NCBI GenBank assembly: GCA_965223155.1
Contig: CBDCVR010000013.1
Location: 768,001-832,000, forward strand
Direction of reading: 5' to 3'
DNA length: 64,000 bases
Origin: Candidatus Multivoradales bacterium
GTDB taxonomy: Bacteria; Acidobacteriota; Thermoanaerobaculia; Multivoradales; JAHEKO01
In this document: one piece after another, positions 36,709 through 46,908 of the stretch
How positions within the stretch are numbered: position 1 is the stretch's first letter
Layout: every line of letters starts with the position of its first letter
Notes under the pieces: generated by a model
Database searches by the model: none
What the model saw: the letters and a program-made list of their open reading frames with translations, nothing else
What the model was told of the DNA's origin: nothing
Position numbers and translations under genes: made by a program

Positions 36709-38378
36709 CAAGCCAGCTCCCAACCGTGACGGCCGCGCCAGAGCTCGAAGGACGCGCATCGCCAGAGCAGCGCCTTTTCCGCCTCCGACGAACGGGGCCC
36801 AACGGCCTCGACGGCTTCAGGGCGGACGAACTCCGGCCAAACCGCCCGCCTCCGGCCCAGCAGCTCGGCAATCGGTCCGGACTCGCGTTCGAAGACTCCC
36901 CGATCGAAGAGCGGCGAAAGATTGGCGGTGGTCTGGTTCCGGACCACCGCGTCCGGCAAGCGGCTGGTCATCGCCCGGCGCATCAGATCCTTGGCGCAAC
37001 CTGGCCTGGCGATCAGAAAGCTGGGGAGCGCCAGCAGGAGCTCGACGAGATCCGGGTCGAGATACGGCGAGACTACACGGACCCCGGCGTGGGACGCGTG
37101 CACCGCCTCGATCGGAAGTCCCCTACGCTCGAGATCCAGATAGGGCCGCACCAAGCGCGCGCGCGCGCCGGTGTCCTGCCCATCCTCCGGTGCCCGAGCC
37201 GATCCCGAGCTCGCGGCCACCCCCGGGCGGAGCCAAGCCCGGCTCGCGCGCGATGCAACCCGAGCCATGCGCCCGGCCGGACTTCCGATGCGGCCGATGG
37301 CTCCCAGCGCCTGACGCGGCCCCCGGCCACGGGCGATCTGGAGGATCGCGGCGGCGGCGCGGGCGAAGTGTCCGTGGCGCACGAGGTCCCGTACCAGGAG
37401 CTGCTGTACGCCGCGGTAGAGAGCGTCGGCCGGTCCCCCGTTCCAAAGCACGCCGACGCCCGCTTCGGCCGCCCTCCGGTACAGGCGCTGCTTGAGGCCC
37501 CGATAGGGATTCTCCTCGGGATGGCCCGGTTCGAGGCCGTAGGCGTCGGGGTCGGCAAGGGGCCAGCAGTCATCTCCGGAGACGCGCACGGCCGTGAGCC
37601 TAAGGCTCTCCACGACCGCGTCGATACGCTCCCTTTCGTCGCACGTCCTCAGCTCGTCGAAGATCCAGGAAGCAGCCACCGGCCGGCGCCCGGCCTGCTC
37701 AGCGTACTCGGCGGGCGCGGCAGGTTCGAACCGGGCCGCGGCGGCCGCCGCCAGGGCTCCTGAGTCGATTCCCCCGCTCAGCATCAGGCCAAGCTCACCG
37801 TCCGGCGGCGTCCAGCGCGCCGCCGCCGACTCGAGGGCCTTCCAGAGGCGCTCGGCGGCCTCTTCCGGCGAAAGGTCGCTCAGCGCGGCCGAGTCGGGCG
37901 GCTGGCCGCACGTCTCCAGCCGGCCGGGCTCGTCCGCCAGACCGCTCGGATCCGGCCGTGGGCCAGGCGGCGATCCGACGGGAAGCCGCACCCGGCAGCC
38001 GGCCGGCACCTCGAAGACTCCTCGGAAATGCGTCCGGCCCACCGTGGGGCTCTCGAGCGCGAAGAAACGAGCGAGCTGACCTCGATCCAAACCCGGCCGC
38101 ACCGGCAGGGTCGCCAGCAAGTCACTCAGGACCGACGACGAATAGAGCCGGCCCCCGGCCCGCGCGTAGTAGAGCCCCTCGGCACCGCTAGCGCCTCGCG
38201 CCAGGGTAACTCCTTCACCGTCCGGGTCCAGCCGAGTCCCGGTTTCGGAAAGAGCGCCGGGTTCCCGAAGCCGCCGCCGCCCGGGATGCGGCTCGGAGGC
38301 GGACGTGTCGACCCCGAAGCCATTCCTGGCCTGCATCCGGGTACCGGTGGCGAGGTCGAACACCGCCGAGCGCGACAT
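36708..38378 (-). CDS. Asparagine-synthetase-like protein, probable lasso peptide macrolactam cyclase
   Basis: LMLSGGIDSG PP-loop, WNGGPAD, SPYLDPDLVE..LALP, KDLMRRAM..RLP; no N-terminal catalytic Cys; directly after the precursor. Confidence 0.8.
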   Translation of the reverse strand: MSRSAVFDLATGTRMQARNGFGVDTSASEPHPGRRRLREPGALSETGTRLDPDGEGVTLARGASGAEGLYYARAGGRLYSSSVLSDLLATLPVRPGLDRGQLARFFALESPTVGRTHFRGVFEVPAGCRVRLPVGSPPGPRPDPSGLADEPGRLETCGQPPDSAALSDLSPEEAAERLWKALESAAARWTPPDGELGLMLSGGIDSGALAAAAAARFEPAAPAEYAEQAGRRPVAASWIFDELRTCDERERIDAVVESLRLTAVRVSGDDCWPLADPDAYGLEPGHPEENPYRGLKQRLYRRAAEAGVGVLWNGGPADALYRGVQQLLVRDLVRHGHFARAAAAILQIARGRGPRQALGAIGRIGSPAGRMARVASRASRAWLRPGVAASSGSARAPEDGQDTGARARLVRPYLDLERRGLPIEAVHASHAGVRVVSPYLDPDLVELLLALPSFLIARPGCAKDLMRRAMTSRLPDAVVRNQTTANLSPLFDRGVFERESGPIAELLGRRRAVWPEFVRPEAVEAVGPRSSEAEKALLWRCASFELWRGRHGWELA

Positions 38379-38437
38379 CGTGCCCGAGCCTACCTTGCGC
38401 CTAGGTCCGACCGGACCTGTCGCGACCTGCCAGCCCG

Positions 38438-38644
38438 CTAGCCCTGGAACGGAGGGTTGAAGGCAAACGGATTGCCCGAGTCACCGACGCCGGGAGAGCC
38501 GCCCAAGGTCAGGCTGGCCAGCGAGCCGTAGCGCACGAGAGTCGGCTGGCGATAGGGCCTGCGGCCTTCGAGCGGCCGAAGTTCCGCCCCAGTCCGGTGA
38601 GCCGATTGCCGGCGCACCCGCGAACGCTCGCTGGCCTTGTCCAT
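38438..38644 (-). CDS. Lasso peptide precursor (68 aa; predicted core GGSPGVGDSGNPFAFNPPFQG)
   Basis: MDKASE...PYRQPTLVRYGSLASLTL|GGSPGVGD...; YxxPxL leader motif, Thr at -2, Gly1, Asp8; ATG overlaps the giant gene's TGA. Confidence 0.85.
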   Translation of the reverse strand: MDKASERSRVRRQSAHRTGAELRPLEGRRPYRQPTLVRYGSLASLTLGGSPGVGDSGNPFAFNPPFQG

Positions 38645-41600
38645 CAGGGCACGATTGTCATCGTCGGGTCGCCGAGAAGCGTCCATCCGAGAATAACATC
38701 CAAGCGACCCGGATCGCTCTCGGCCAGATCGCGCTTGGCCTCGACCACCGCGCCGCCAAGGCGAGCACCGGGGCTCGCCAGGCGGTCGAACACGCGACGT
38801 CCCAAACGCTGCTCGGAGAGGGCCTCGGTCAAGGTCGCGGCACCCAAAACCGCCGCCGCGCCCGTATCGGCCTCCAGCAGAAGCCGGTTGCCCAAGGTCT
38901 CGTAGGTCGGCAGCACGTGGTAGGTGTTCCAGCAGCCCCACTGGGTCACGACGGTCGGCTTGCCGCGGTTCTCGAGCCGATCGACGTCCGACGAGCGGAA
39001 GAGGCCGCTGAAGCTCCAGACGGTCAGGCCGGAGTGCCCAAAGTAGCTGGTGATTGCCGGGCCCTGGCCGATCTCGCGCACGAGCGCCTCGCGGGCATCT
39101 GTAAGCGGCATCTCGTCCAGATAGACCCGCTCGAGGGACCAATCGGAACCCAGGAGCGCCCCCATGGCGTCGCTCTTCTGTCCGAACGAGAACCCAGTCG
39201 GCGCGTCCCGCTTGTCCGCGGCTAGAACCGCGGTCAGCTCGCCGCCGTCGTAGAGCAGCGTCTTGTCGATCACCGCGGCCAGCTCGTCGAGAGTCCGCAC
39301 CGGCCAGCGGCCCACGGCCACCTCGGGGATGAGGTCCCCGTCCACGTCGCCGTACAGGGGATCCACCGGCGCGTAGCGGACGATCGCGTCGGTCTGGAGA
39401 TACGGAGTCGGGACGAAGCTCATCGAGCCGACACCCAGATGATCGAAGTAGTCGTAGGTGTCGCCGCCCACCAGCAGCAGATACCGTGTCCCGAGGCTCT
39501 TGTACGCGTCGCGGACGTAGCTTCGAATCGCCTCCGGATCCACAATGCCATTACTGTAGGCAGCGTAGACGTCGTCCACGTCGACGGTCCGGACCGCCAA
39601 GCCTTCACCGCGGCGACGGCTCTCCCAGCGGCCCAGGCCGTCCAGGAAGTCGGCGTGCGCGATCACGAGCACGTCGGCGGGCGCGTCGCCGAGATCGCTG
39701 GCGGCGCGAGCGGCCTCGATCGCCGGAACGCGGATCGAGCCGGCTCCGACCGTCCAGTACTCGGCATCGGCGGCACCCAGTCCCGAGAACGCAGCAGCGT
39801 AGCCTCCCAAACCGTCGGCCACCGTCGCCGCCTCGAGACGCGCCAGCGTGCCGGCGGTTCGTCCGTAGGCCACGACGTCGGTCGAAGCAAAGCCGCGCAC
39901 CAGGAAACTCCGGCCGCCGGACGCGAAGCTCAAAGCGTCGGCCCGGGCCACGAAGTCTCTCGGGTACCTGACCGTCAGGTGGTCGTAGTTAACAAGATCG
40001 AACTGGGCGCCCGTGTCATGCGGCAATAGCAGCCTCATCGTGTTGCCGGCCGGCGCCAGGAGGGCGTCGCTCAAGACCGCCGAGATCTCGGGTTGGTAGA
40101 GCCCGTCGAACCATTCCTCGGCAACCAGGCCGCCGTTGACCTCGACGACCAGATGGTGGTCGGGTGCCTGCGGCAGGTTCGTGACGCCGTAGGCCGACAC
40201 CTCGAGGGCCACGTCGGCGGCTCCGGGCAGCCAGTTGTCGAGGTCAAACGTCACCGACGTCTCGACAGGCTTCGTAGTCGCGAGCAGGCGCCGGTCGTAC
40301 CACGGATCACCGGTCGGCGAGGCGAAGTTGTACTGGCGCTCGACCTCGACCTTGTGGGTCTCGAGGTAGTAGGGCTCAGCGGCGCCCGCGCCGGAGTACG
40401 GCTCGATCTCCGCCCGCAGCGCCCGGTCCCGATTCACGCTCAGTCGATAGACGTTGGTCCGGGTGTAGAGGCTGTCGTCGACCGGCTCGCCCACGAACTC
40501 GAGAGACGAGCCGGGACCGAACGGACCCTCTCCGGACACCCAGAAGGGGACCGGCTCACCGCCGCTGGCCAGGCTCAGCCAGTCTCCTCGAATTCCCTGG
40601 AGGCGCACTCCCGCGGCTGCCAGATCTTCGTAGGTGACCCGGTAGATACCCGCCTCGGAAACCTTGAAAGTCGCCAGCTCGTCACCACGGCCCGGCCGGC
40701 CCGAATTCGAGCCACTCGAGCCTCCGTTCGAGCGCAACGCCCTGCCGCCGAACTCGATCGCGCCTCCGAGATCGGCCGAACCGGCCTCGGGCAGCACGCC
40801 GGCGTTCCGCCGCGCGGCCTTGCCCGCTTTCCGGCGCGCCTTGGCGTCCCGGATCTTGGCCCAGGCAACAGGTTGCGCGGAAACCACCTCCGACCCGGCG
40901 GCTTCATCCGCGTAGAACGGACCGTGGTGTCGAATGACGCCGTTGATATCCACGTCCTCCAGAAGGAAGGTATCGCCTGCGACTCCGGCGGCCGAGAACT
41001 CGTACACCTGCGGCTCGAGCGAGTCCACGACGTGGGACGGGATGAGCTCGTCGTTCAAGCGGCGCAAGCCGTCATCTTCGAGCGCGTAAAGATTGAAGCC
41101 GAGATTCCCGACCTCGGTCGAGGTCATCCAGCGGAAGTCCACCGATCCGCGTCCGTGGGCTTCGAAGTAGGCCAGAGTCACCGGCGTCGTGGTCACGCCC
41201 CCGTTCCAGAAGCCGAAGTCCTGATCGGTGACGTTCGAAGAGACCAGAGTCACCGGCTGGACCCCGCCGGTCCCGGCTTGGGTGGTCTGGACGAAGCCGT
41301 CGACCAAGGTGCCCTCGCTGTCGGCGTACACCAGATAGTCGCCCGGCGGCAGGTTGTCGAAGCTGTAGGTACCGTCGATCGCGGTCACGGTGGTCGCGAC
41401 CAGGGGATCGTCCGGATCGATGACTCCGTCGCCGTCCAGATCCTGATAGAGGTACACGGTTACCGAGGGCACCACCGGCTCGAGTCCGGTTCCCGCGAAG
41501 GAACCGTTGGCATCGCCGTCCTCGAACACGGTTCCGGAGATCGAGAGCGCGCCGGTCGGAAGGACGAAGCCGAAGTCCGCGGTGAAGTTGGACGAGTTCA

Positions 41601-44600
41601 AGGTCAGGGCGTACGGGTTGGTCTGATTGTTGTCGTCCTGGCCGGGGTTCGGACCCAGAACGGTAGCGGTCAGGCCAGCAGTCACGCCGTATTCATCGGT
41701 GAGCCGCGCGATGTAGTCGCCGGAGGGAATGCCCTCGCAGTAGTACTCGCCGGCCTCATCCGTCGTCTCGGTCCGGATCAGGTTGTCGGTACCGTCGATA
41801 TCCAGGATGCCGTTGCCGTTGACATCGTGCCAGCATTCCAGTGTCACGCCCGAGATCGGCGGCTCGCCAACCTGATAGACGCCGTCCAGATTGGTATCGA
41901 ACCACACCAGATTGCCAATCGAGCCCAGCCCGGCCTCGGGGCCGTAGCCAAAGTCGGCGGTTGCCGTAGAGCCCCCAGCGACCGAGACCGAGGTTTCCTC
42001 GTCGCAAGTCGAGCAGGTCCCGGACTCGTCGGGATCGCCCGTCTGCTGCAAGCCCACCAGAACGCTGTCGACGTCGGTGACCTCTACGGTGTAGGTGCCG
42101 TCGGGCACGCCGGTGAACTCGTAGTCGCCGTTTGCATCGGTGGTCGTCGTGGCGATGATGTTGCCCGAGCCATCGACCAGGTTGACGGTCACGCCGACGA
42201 TGCCGCCCTCGCTTCCACCTTCGACGCCGTCGTTGTCGCCATCGTTCCAGATCGTGCCCTCGATCGTATTGACGACGCCCCCGTCGTAGCCGAAGTCCAG
42301 CGTCGGCACCACGTCGCCATCGGCCAGGGTCAGTAGGTAGGTATCGTCACCGCCGTTGTTGGTCGGCGTGGTCGTGTAGCCGAGCGCGGCAATGCCGGCC
42401 GAGTCCACGGTCACGATGTAGTCGCCGGGCAGGAGGCCCGTGGCCAGCCAGGTCCCATCCGGGTTGGTGGTCACCGTGCAACCGGTCGGACACGACGGAC
42501 CCTGGATCAAGATGTCGATGCCGCCGATACCGACCTCGCCTTCGTCCTGGATGCCATCGCCGTCGGCGTCGTACCAGACGGTGTCGCCGATGGTGGCCGT
42601 GCCCGCCGTCGGCACGTAGCCGAAGTCGGCGTCGTTGTAGTCCTCGCCGTCCGAAAGCGCAATCGCTGTCGTCGTGTCGCCGCCGGTCGAGGAGGTCAGG
42701 CCGGTGGGCGCGGTCGGAACGTCCACGTAGTAGATGCCCGAGTCCAGCCCGCCAAAATCGTACTGACCGTTGGCGTTGGTGGTCGTCGAGCCCACGAAGA
42801 CGTCATCGGCGGTGCCGACGATGCCGTCCGGACCGGCGTCATAAAGATCCACCTGCACCCCGGAGATACCGCTCTCGTCGGGGCCCTGGACGCCGTCGCC
42901 ATTGGTGTCCAGAAAGACCGTGTCGCCGATCGAGGCCGTGCCGGTGTCCTGGACATAGCCGAAGTCCACGTCGTCAATGTCGGAGCCGGCCAGGGTCACG
43001 TCCAGCGCGTCGAGTCCGCTGGTCAAGGTGTAGCCGTCGAGCACGTTGTCGGTATCGGTCACCACCACCGTGTAGTCACCGTCGGGAAGATCCGGAAAGC
43101 TGTAGTCCCCGTTCGAATCGGTGACAGTGGTCGCGATGACCGCGCCGGTGTCGTCCAGGAGCTCGAGGGTGACGCCGCCGATTCCGGCTTCGGTGCCGTC
43201 CTGGATCCCGTCGGTGTCGGTATCGTTGAACACGGTTCCGAAAACGTCGGCAAGAGACGTGTCCTGGTAGCCGTACTCGATTCCGGTCACGCTCTCGCCC
43301 GCGTTCAGGGTGACCGCAGTCGTGGTCGTACCGTCGCAGACCGTGCAGGTTCCAGACTCGTCGGGGTCGCCGGTCTGGGAGCCGCTGGGCGCCGCGCCCA
43401 CCGTCACCACGTAGTTGTCGGGAGCCAGGTCACCGAAGGAGTAGCTGCCATCAGCCGCGGTAGTGGTCTGGGCCACAAAGTTGGGGCTCGACGGATCGCA
43501 GGGACTCGCGGGATCCGTACAGAGATAGATCGGCACGCCCTCGATTCCCGCCTCTTCCGGGTCGTGGACGCCATCGCCGTCGGCGTCGCTCCACACGGTT
43601 CCGGACAGAGTGTCCGGCTCGTTGTAGCCGAAGCTGGGCGTGCCGCCGTCGGACGGAGCGTTGAGGACGTCTCCGCCCGAGACCACGACGTCCTCGACGC
43701 CTCCGGTCGCGGTGGTCTCGGTAAAGCCGTCGAGCTCGCTCGCCGTATCCGTGACCTGAAGCTGGTAGACGCCGTCGGTCACGCCGGTGAACGACACTTC
43801 ACCGTTCTCATCCGTGATCGCGGTCGCGATCGTGGTGTCGTCGGCAGCGTTGGCCCCACCGCAAATGCCGTCGGCGCCGCAGTCGACCAGATCCACGGTG
43901 ACACCCGGGATCATCTCTTCGCCGGGATCCAGCACGCCGTCTCCATCCGCGTCATACCAGACCGCGTCGCTGACCTCGTAGCTCGTTGACGTATCGAAGC
44001 CAAAGTCGACGTCACTGATGATGTCGTTCTCCAGTACCGAGATCGGATCGCTCTGAGTAGGACTGGTCTCGCAGCCGGCTACCGGGTCGGGACTGCAAAA
44101 CGCCACCAGCTCGGGGTCGGTCGTGTCTACGACGACGATGTACTCACCGGGCGGCACGTCGGTCAGAAGATAGGAGCCGTCCGGTCCGGTGACCGCGGTG
44201 ATCGGCTGCCCGCCGGAGTCAAGGACCGGCGTGCCGTCGGGATTCAAGAGCTGCACGGTTACACCGGCGATGCCCACCTCTCCGGGATCCTGAATCCCAT
44301 CCTGATCGGCGTCGCTCCACACGGTCCCTTCGATGACCGCGGTACCTGAATCCGGGACGTACCCGAAGTCTGCCGTTTCCGTTTCTCCGGCCGCCAGCGT
44401 CAGGGTGCCCGAGTTGCCCGCCACGTTGCCCGGCGATTCTTCCAAGCCATCCAGGTCGCCACCGGTCAGTTCGGCCGGTTCGACCTGGGTCTGATAGTCG
44501 CCCGCCGACAGATCCGGGAAGCTGTAGTCGCCGGCGGCGTCGGTCACCGCGGTGGCAATGGCGGTCGAGGCGTCGCAGACGGGCTCGGAAGCCTCACAGA

Positions 44601-46908
44601 GATAGACCGTAACGCCATCGATCCCGGGCTCGCCGATGTCATGGACACCGTCACCGTCGGTATCGAGCCAGACGGTCCCTTCGATCGCCGAACACGTGCT
44701 GCCGCCATTGCCGATCGTGTCCAGATTGTTGCCAGGATTCGGATCGTTGTTGTCGGCCGTGACATACGCCACGTTGTCAAATTCGCAAGCCCGCGCCACC
44801 GGATTGCCGGCGACGTCCCCGTCCGAGTCACTGTTGTTGGACGTATCCTGATCCGCCTCATCGGCGCTCACGGTGACCACATTGTCGAACGGTCCCGAGG
44901 CATCGATCGTCGCAATCACAGTGATCACTTCGCTAGCGCCGGACGCAAGGCTGGGAATCGTACAGGGCAAGGCACCGCAACTCGCGCTCGAGACGCTGGT
45001 GATCGTGAGATTGCTCGCGACGTCGGTGACCAGCACGTTCGTGGCCAGAGAGGGACCGTTGTTGGTCACCACCATCGAGTAGGTCACGGTCTGGCCGGAA
45101 ACGTAGGGGCCGGCGGTGATCAGGGTCTTGGTAACCGCGACGTCGGCCCCGACCGGATTGACGGCGTCGTCCGAGATCGGGTCAATCCCGGTCGCCGAGG
45201 CCTCGGCCGTGTTGGTCAGCTCGGTGATCGCCGGGTCCAGCGGATCGTCTACCAGAACCTGAAACGTCACGGTCAGAGTCTCGCCTGGAGCCAGCGTGAA
45301 ACCGTCTCCCGACTCGACCAGGCTCGGCGGTGTGCCGTCCACCAGGTCCATGTTCGTCCCACCCGGTACGTTGTCTTTGGTCGTCGTGCCCGAAGCACCG
45401 TGGGCTTCGATGACGATGTTGTCGAAGTAGACGTCTTCCGAAGAGCTGGTCGTACCCGACCGCAAGCGGATCACGGTGCTCGCATTCCCGGCCGTGATCG
45501 ACACCGACTCCGTCCCCGACTGGTTGTCGTCCTCCTCTGGACACACCTGGGTCCCGTCACGGCTGAACACCGTCGAGAACGTCCCTCCTCCATTGGTCGA
45601 GACCTGGACGTCCAGAAAATCGCTCGACTCCCAGCCGCTGCTGGTGTCGTTGCACTCCCAGGTGAAAGACAACGTGGCGCTGGTGTAGGCGCTCAGGTCT
45701 GCCGACCTGGAAGCCGTGCCTGACGAGCCACCGTTCATGAACACCGCATTGGACAGACCTCCGGGAGAGGTCGTCTCGATGCTCGAGCTATTGAACGTCC
45801 AGTTGCCCGACCAGCCGGTTCCTCCAGTGCCGTCGCCGCTCGAGAAGTCGTCGCTGATGGTGGCCGAGCTGTCCACCGGACCCGTCGCCGCCGTGCTCTG
45901 CGCCACGTAGGTGACCCCGGTCGGCAGCGTGTCGGTCACCACCACGTCGTTGACGTTACCGGGACCGCTGTTGGTCACCTCGATCGTGTAGGTGATCGTC
46001 TCCCCAGGCTGAACCGAACCACTTGGACTCGCCGTCTTGACGATCGACAGGGCCGGTGGGACGTCCTCGACGCAAAGCGCGAACCCGGACAGACGAACCG
46101 CGTGTCCGTTGCTCTCCCCCGTACCGCTCTCGTTGGTCGCATCGTCCGGACCGTTGTTGTATGTGAAGTTGAGCGTGTCGAACGCCGCACCGCTGGACAC
46201 GGTCAACGTTCCGGCCGCATCCCCTGGAGAGAGGTTCCCATTGACGCCGGGCGCCACAATCGCCGTCGCCGTCTGACCCGAAACGGTCATGTTGCTGCCG
46301 CCGCTCAAGGTCAGGGGAACATTGCTGCCCCCGTCCGAGGCCGAAAAGGTCAGCTGATCCTGAAACGACTCTTCGGGCTCCGGCGCCTGAGCCCCGAACC
46401 CGACGTCATCGATGTCACCAAGCGAGAAGTCGTTCAGGATCACCGACTTCGAGAACGTGAAATCGAACCCGATGGTGTCGCTCACCGAGTTGACGCTGGC
46501 CATCTTCACAGTCAGGAAGCCCGAACCGAACGCCCCGTTGGTCTCGGTCTTCGTCGTCGTCGGATTGTCGCAGCCATTCGATAGCGCCGCCGGACACGAG
46601 AAGTTGTCGTCGTAGTTCATCCCGTCCGGATCCTGCAGCGTCACCGTCACGTCCAGCGTGTTCGGGTTGCCGTAGGCGTCCGTGTAGGCGACGGTGTAGA
46701 TCTCCGACGCCCCAGTCGTGTTGTTAGCGATCGTCCACTCGTTGCCCGTACCCGGAGACGTTGACCAGTCGAAGGTCGCCGCCGCCGTCCCCGACGGGCA
46801 GCTCTGGGCTACCGCTTGGGCCGGAGCCAGCAACCAGCCGAGAGCAAGAGCCGGCGCCAGGCGCAGCGCCAGGCCCGGCCATCGCCTCATCGACCAAAGG
46901 TCCGTCAT
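38644..46908 (-). CDS. Giant secreted surface protein: N-terminal domain, DUF11 repeats, 10 SdrD-B-like repeats, C-terminal C25 (gingipain/PorU-like) cysteine peptidase
   Basis: Signal peptide (AQAVA); DUF11 motifs; ten G.VW.D.D.DG..D..E.GI.GV repeats; TPVTLAYF; LLLVGGD, VAVGRWP, YFGHSG, WGCWN, LLGDP. Confidence 0.9.
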   Translation of the reverse strand: MTDLWSMRRWPGLALRLAPALALGWLLAPAQAVAQSCPSGTAAATFDWSTSPGTGNEWTIANNTTGASEIYTVAYTDAYGNPNTLDVTVTLQDPDGMNYDDNFSCPAALSNGCDNPTTTKTETNGAFGSGFLTVKMASVNSVSDTIGFDFTFSKSVILNDFSLGDIDDVGFGAQAPEPEESFQDQLTFSASDGGSNVPLTLSGGSNMTVSGQTATAIVAPGVNGNLSPGDAAGTLTVSSGAAFDTLNFTYNNGPDDATNESGTGESNGHAVRLSGFALCVEDVPPALSIVKTASPSGSVQPGETITYTIEVTNSGPGNVNDVVVTDTLPTGVTYVAQSTAATGPVDSSATISDDFSSGDGTGGTGWSGNWTFNSSSIETTSPGGLSNAVFMNGGSSGTASRSADLSAYTSATLSFTWECNDTSSGWESSDFLDVQVSTNGGGTFSTVFSRDGTQVCPEEDDNQSGTESVSITAGNASTVIRLRSGTTSSSEDVYFDNIVIEAHGASGTTTKDNVPGGTNMDLVDGTPPSLVESGDGFTLAPGETLTVTFQVLVDDPLDPAITELTNTAEASATGIDPISDDAVNPVGADVAVTKTLITAGPYVSGQTVTYSMVVTNNGPSLATNVLVTDVASNLTITSVSSASCGALPCTIPSLASGASEVITVIATIDASGPFDNVVTVSADEADQDTSNNSDSDGDVAGNPVARACEFDNVAYVTADNNDPNPGNNLDTIGNGGSTCSAIEGTVWLDTDGDGVHDIGEPGIDGVTVYLCEASEPVCDASTAIATAVTDAAGDYSFPDLSAGDYQTQVEPAELTGGDLDGLEESPGNVAGNSGTLTLAAGETETADFGYVPDSGTAVIEGTVWSDADQDGIQDPGEVGIAGVTVQLLNPDGTPVLDSGGQPITAVTGPDGSYLLTDVPPGEYIVVVDTTDPELVAFCSPDPVAGCETSPTQSDPISVLENDIISDVDFGFDTSTSYEVSDAVWYDADGDGVLDPGEEMIPGVTVDLVDCGADGICGGANAADDTTIATAITDENGEVSFTGVTDGVYQLQVTDTASELDGFTETTATGGVEDVVVSGGDVLNAPSDGGTPSFGYNEPDTLSGTVWSDADGDGVHDPEEAGIEGVPIYLCTDPASPCDPSSPNFVAQTTTAADGSYSFGDLAPDNYVVTVGAAPSGSQTGDPDESGTCTVCDGTTTTAVTLNAGESVTGIEYGYQDTSLADVFGTVFNDTDTDGIQDGTEAGIGGVTLELLDDTGAVIATTVTDSNGDYSFPDLPDGDYTVVVTDTDNVLDGYTLTSGLDALDVTLAGSDIDDVDFGYVQDTGTASIGDTVFLDTNGDGVQGPDESGISGVQVDLYDAGPDGIVGTADDVFVGSTTTNANGQYDFGGLDSGIYYVDVPTAPTGLTSSTGGDTTTAIALSDGEDYNDADFGYVPTAGTATIGDTVWYDADGDGIQDEGEVGIGGIDILIQGPSCPTGCTVTTNPDGTWLATGLLPGDYIVTVDSAGIAALGYTTTPTNNGGDDTYLLTLADGDVVPTLDFGYDGGVVNTIEGTIWNDGDNDGVEGGSEGGIVGVTVNLVDGSGNIIATTTTDANGDYEFTGVPDGTYTVEVTDVDSVLVGLQQTGDPDESGTCSTCDEETSVSVAGGSTATADFGYGPEAGLGSIGNLVWFDTNLDGVYQVGEPPISGVTLECWHDVNGNGILDIDGTDNLIRTETTDEAGEYYCEGIPSGDYIARLTDEYGVTAGLTATVLGPNPGQDDNNQTNPYALTLNSSNFTADFGFVLPTGALSISGTVFEDGDANGSFAGTGLEPVVPSVTVYLYQDLDGDGVIDPDDPLVATTVTAIDGTYSFDNLPPGDYLVYADSEGTLVDGFVQTTQAGTGGVQPVTLVSSNVTDQDFGFWNGGVTTTPVTLAYFEAHGRGSVDFRWMTSTEVGNLGFNLYALEDDGLRRLNDELIPSHVVDSLEPQVYEFSAAGVAGDTFLLEDVDINGVIRHHGPFYADEAAGSEVVSAQPVAWAKIRDAKARRKAGKAARRNAGVLPEAGSADLGGAIEFGGRALRSNGGSSGSNSGRPGRGDELATFKVSEAGIYRVTYEDLAAAGVRLQGIRGDWLSLASGGEPVPFWVSGEGPFGPGSSLEFVGEPVDDSLYTRTNVYRLSVNRDRALRAEIEPYSGAGAAEPYYLETHKVEVERQYNFASPTGDPWYDRRLLATTKPVETSVTFDLDNWLPGAADVALEVSAYGVTNLPQAPDHHLVVEVNGGLVAEEWFDGLYQPEISAVLSDALLAPAGNTMRLLLPHDTGAQFDLVNYDHLTVRYPRDFVARADALSFASGGRSFLVRGFASTDVVAYGRTAGTLARLEAATVADGLGGYAAAFSGLGAADAEYWTVGAGSIRVPAIEAARAASDLGDAPADVLVIAHADFLDGLGRWESRRRGEGLAVRTVDVDDVYAAYSNGIVDPEAIRSYVRDAYKSLGTRYLLLVGGDTYDYFDHLGVGSMSFVPTPYLQTDAIVRYAPVDPLYGDVDGDLIPEVAVGRWPVRTLDELAAVIDKTLLYDGGELTAVLAADKRDAPTGFSFGQKSDAMGALLGSDWSLERVYLDEMPLTDAREALVREIGQGPAITSYFGHSGLTVWSFSGLFRSSDVDRLENRGKPTVVTQWGCWNTYHVLPTYETLGNRLLLEADTGAAAVLGAATLTEALSEQRLGRRVFDRLASPGARLGGAVVEAKRDLAESDPGRLDVILGWTLLGDPTMTIVP
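45152..45960. repeat. Copy 1 of a near-identical direct repeat (partner at about 47164-47972, offset 2012 bp)
   Basis: By-eye alignment shows about ten substitutions across the central ~750 bp. Confidence 0.9.

Noticed and set aside
38645-39142. 5' part of the 234-aa ORF 38438..39142
   Set aside because: Overlaps the C25 gene out of frame; only the last 68 codons from the coupled ATG look real
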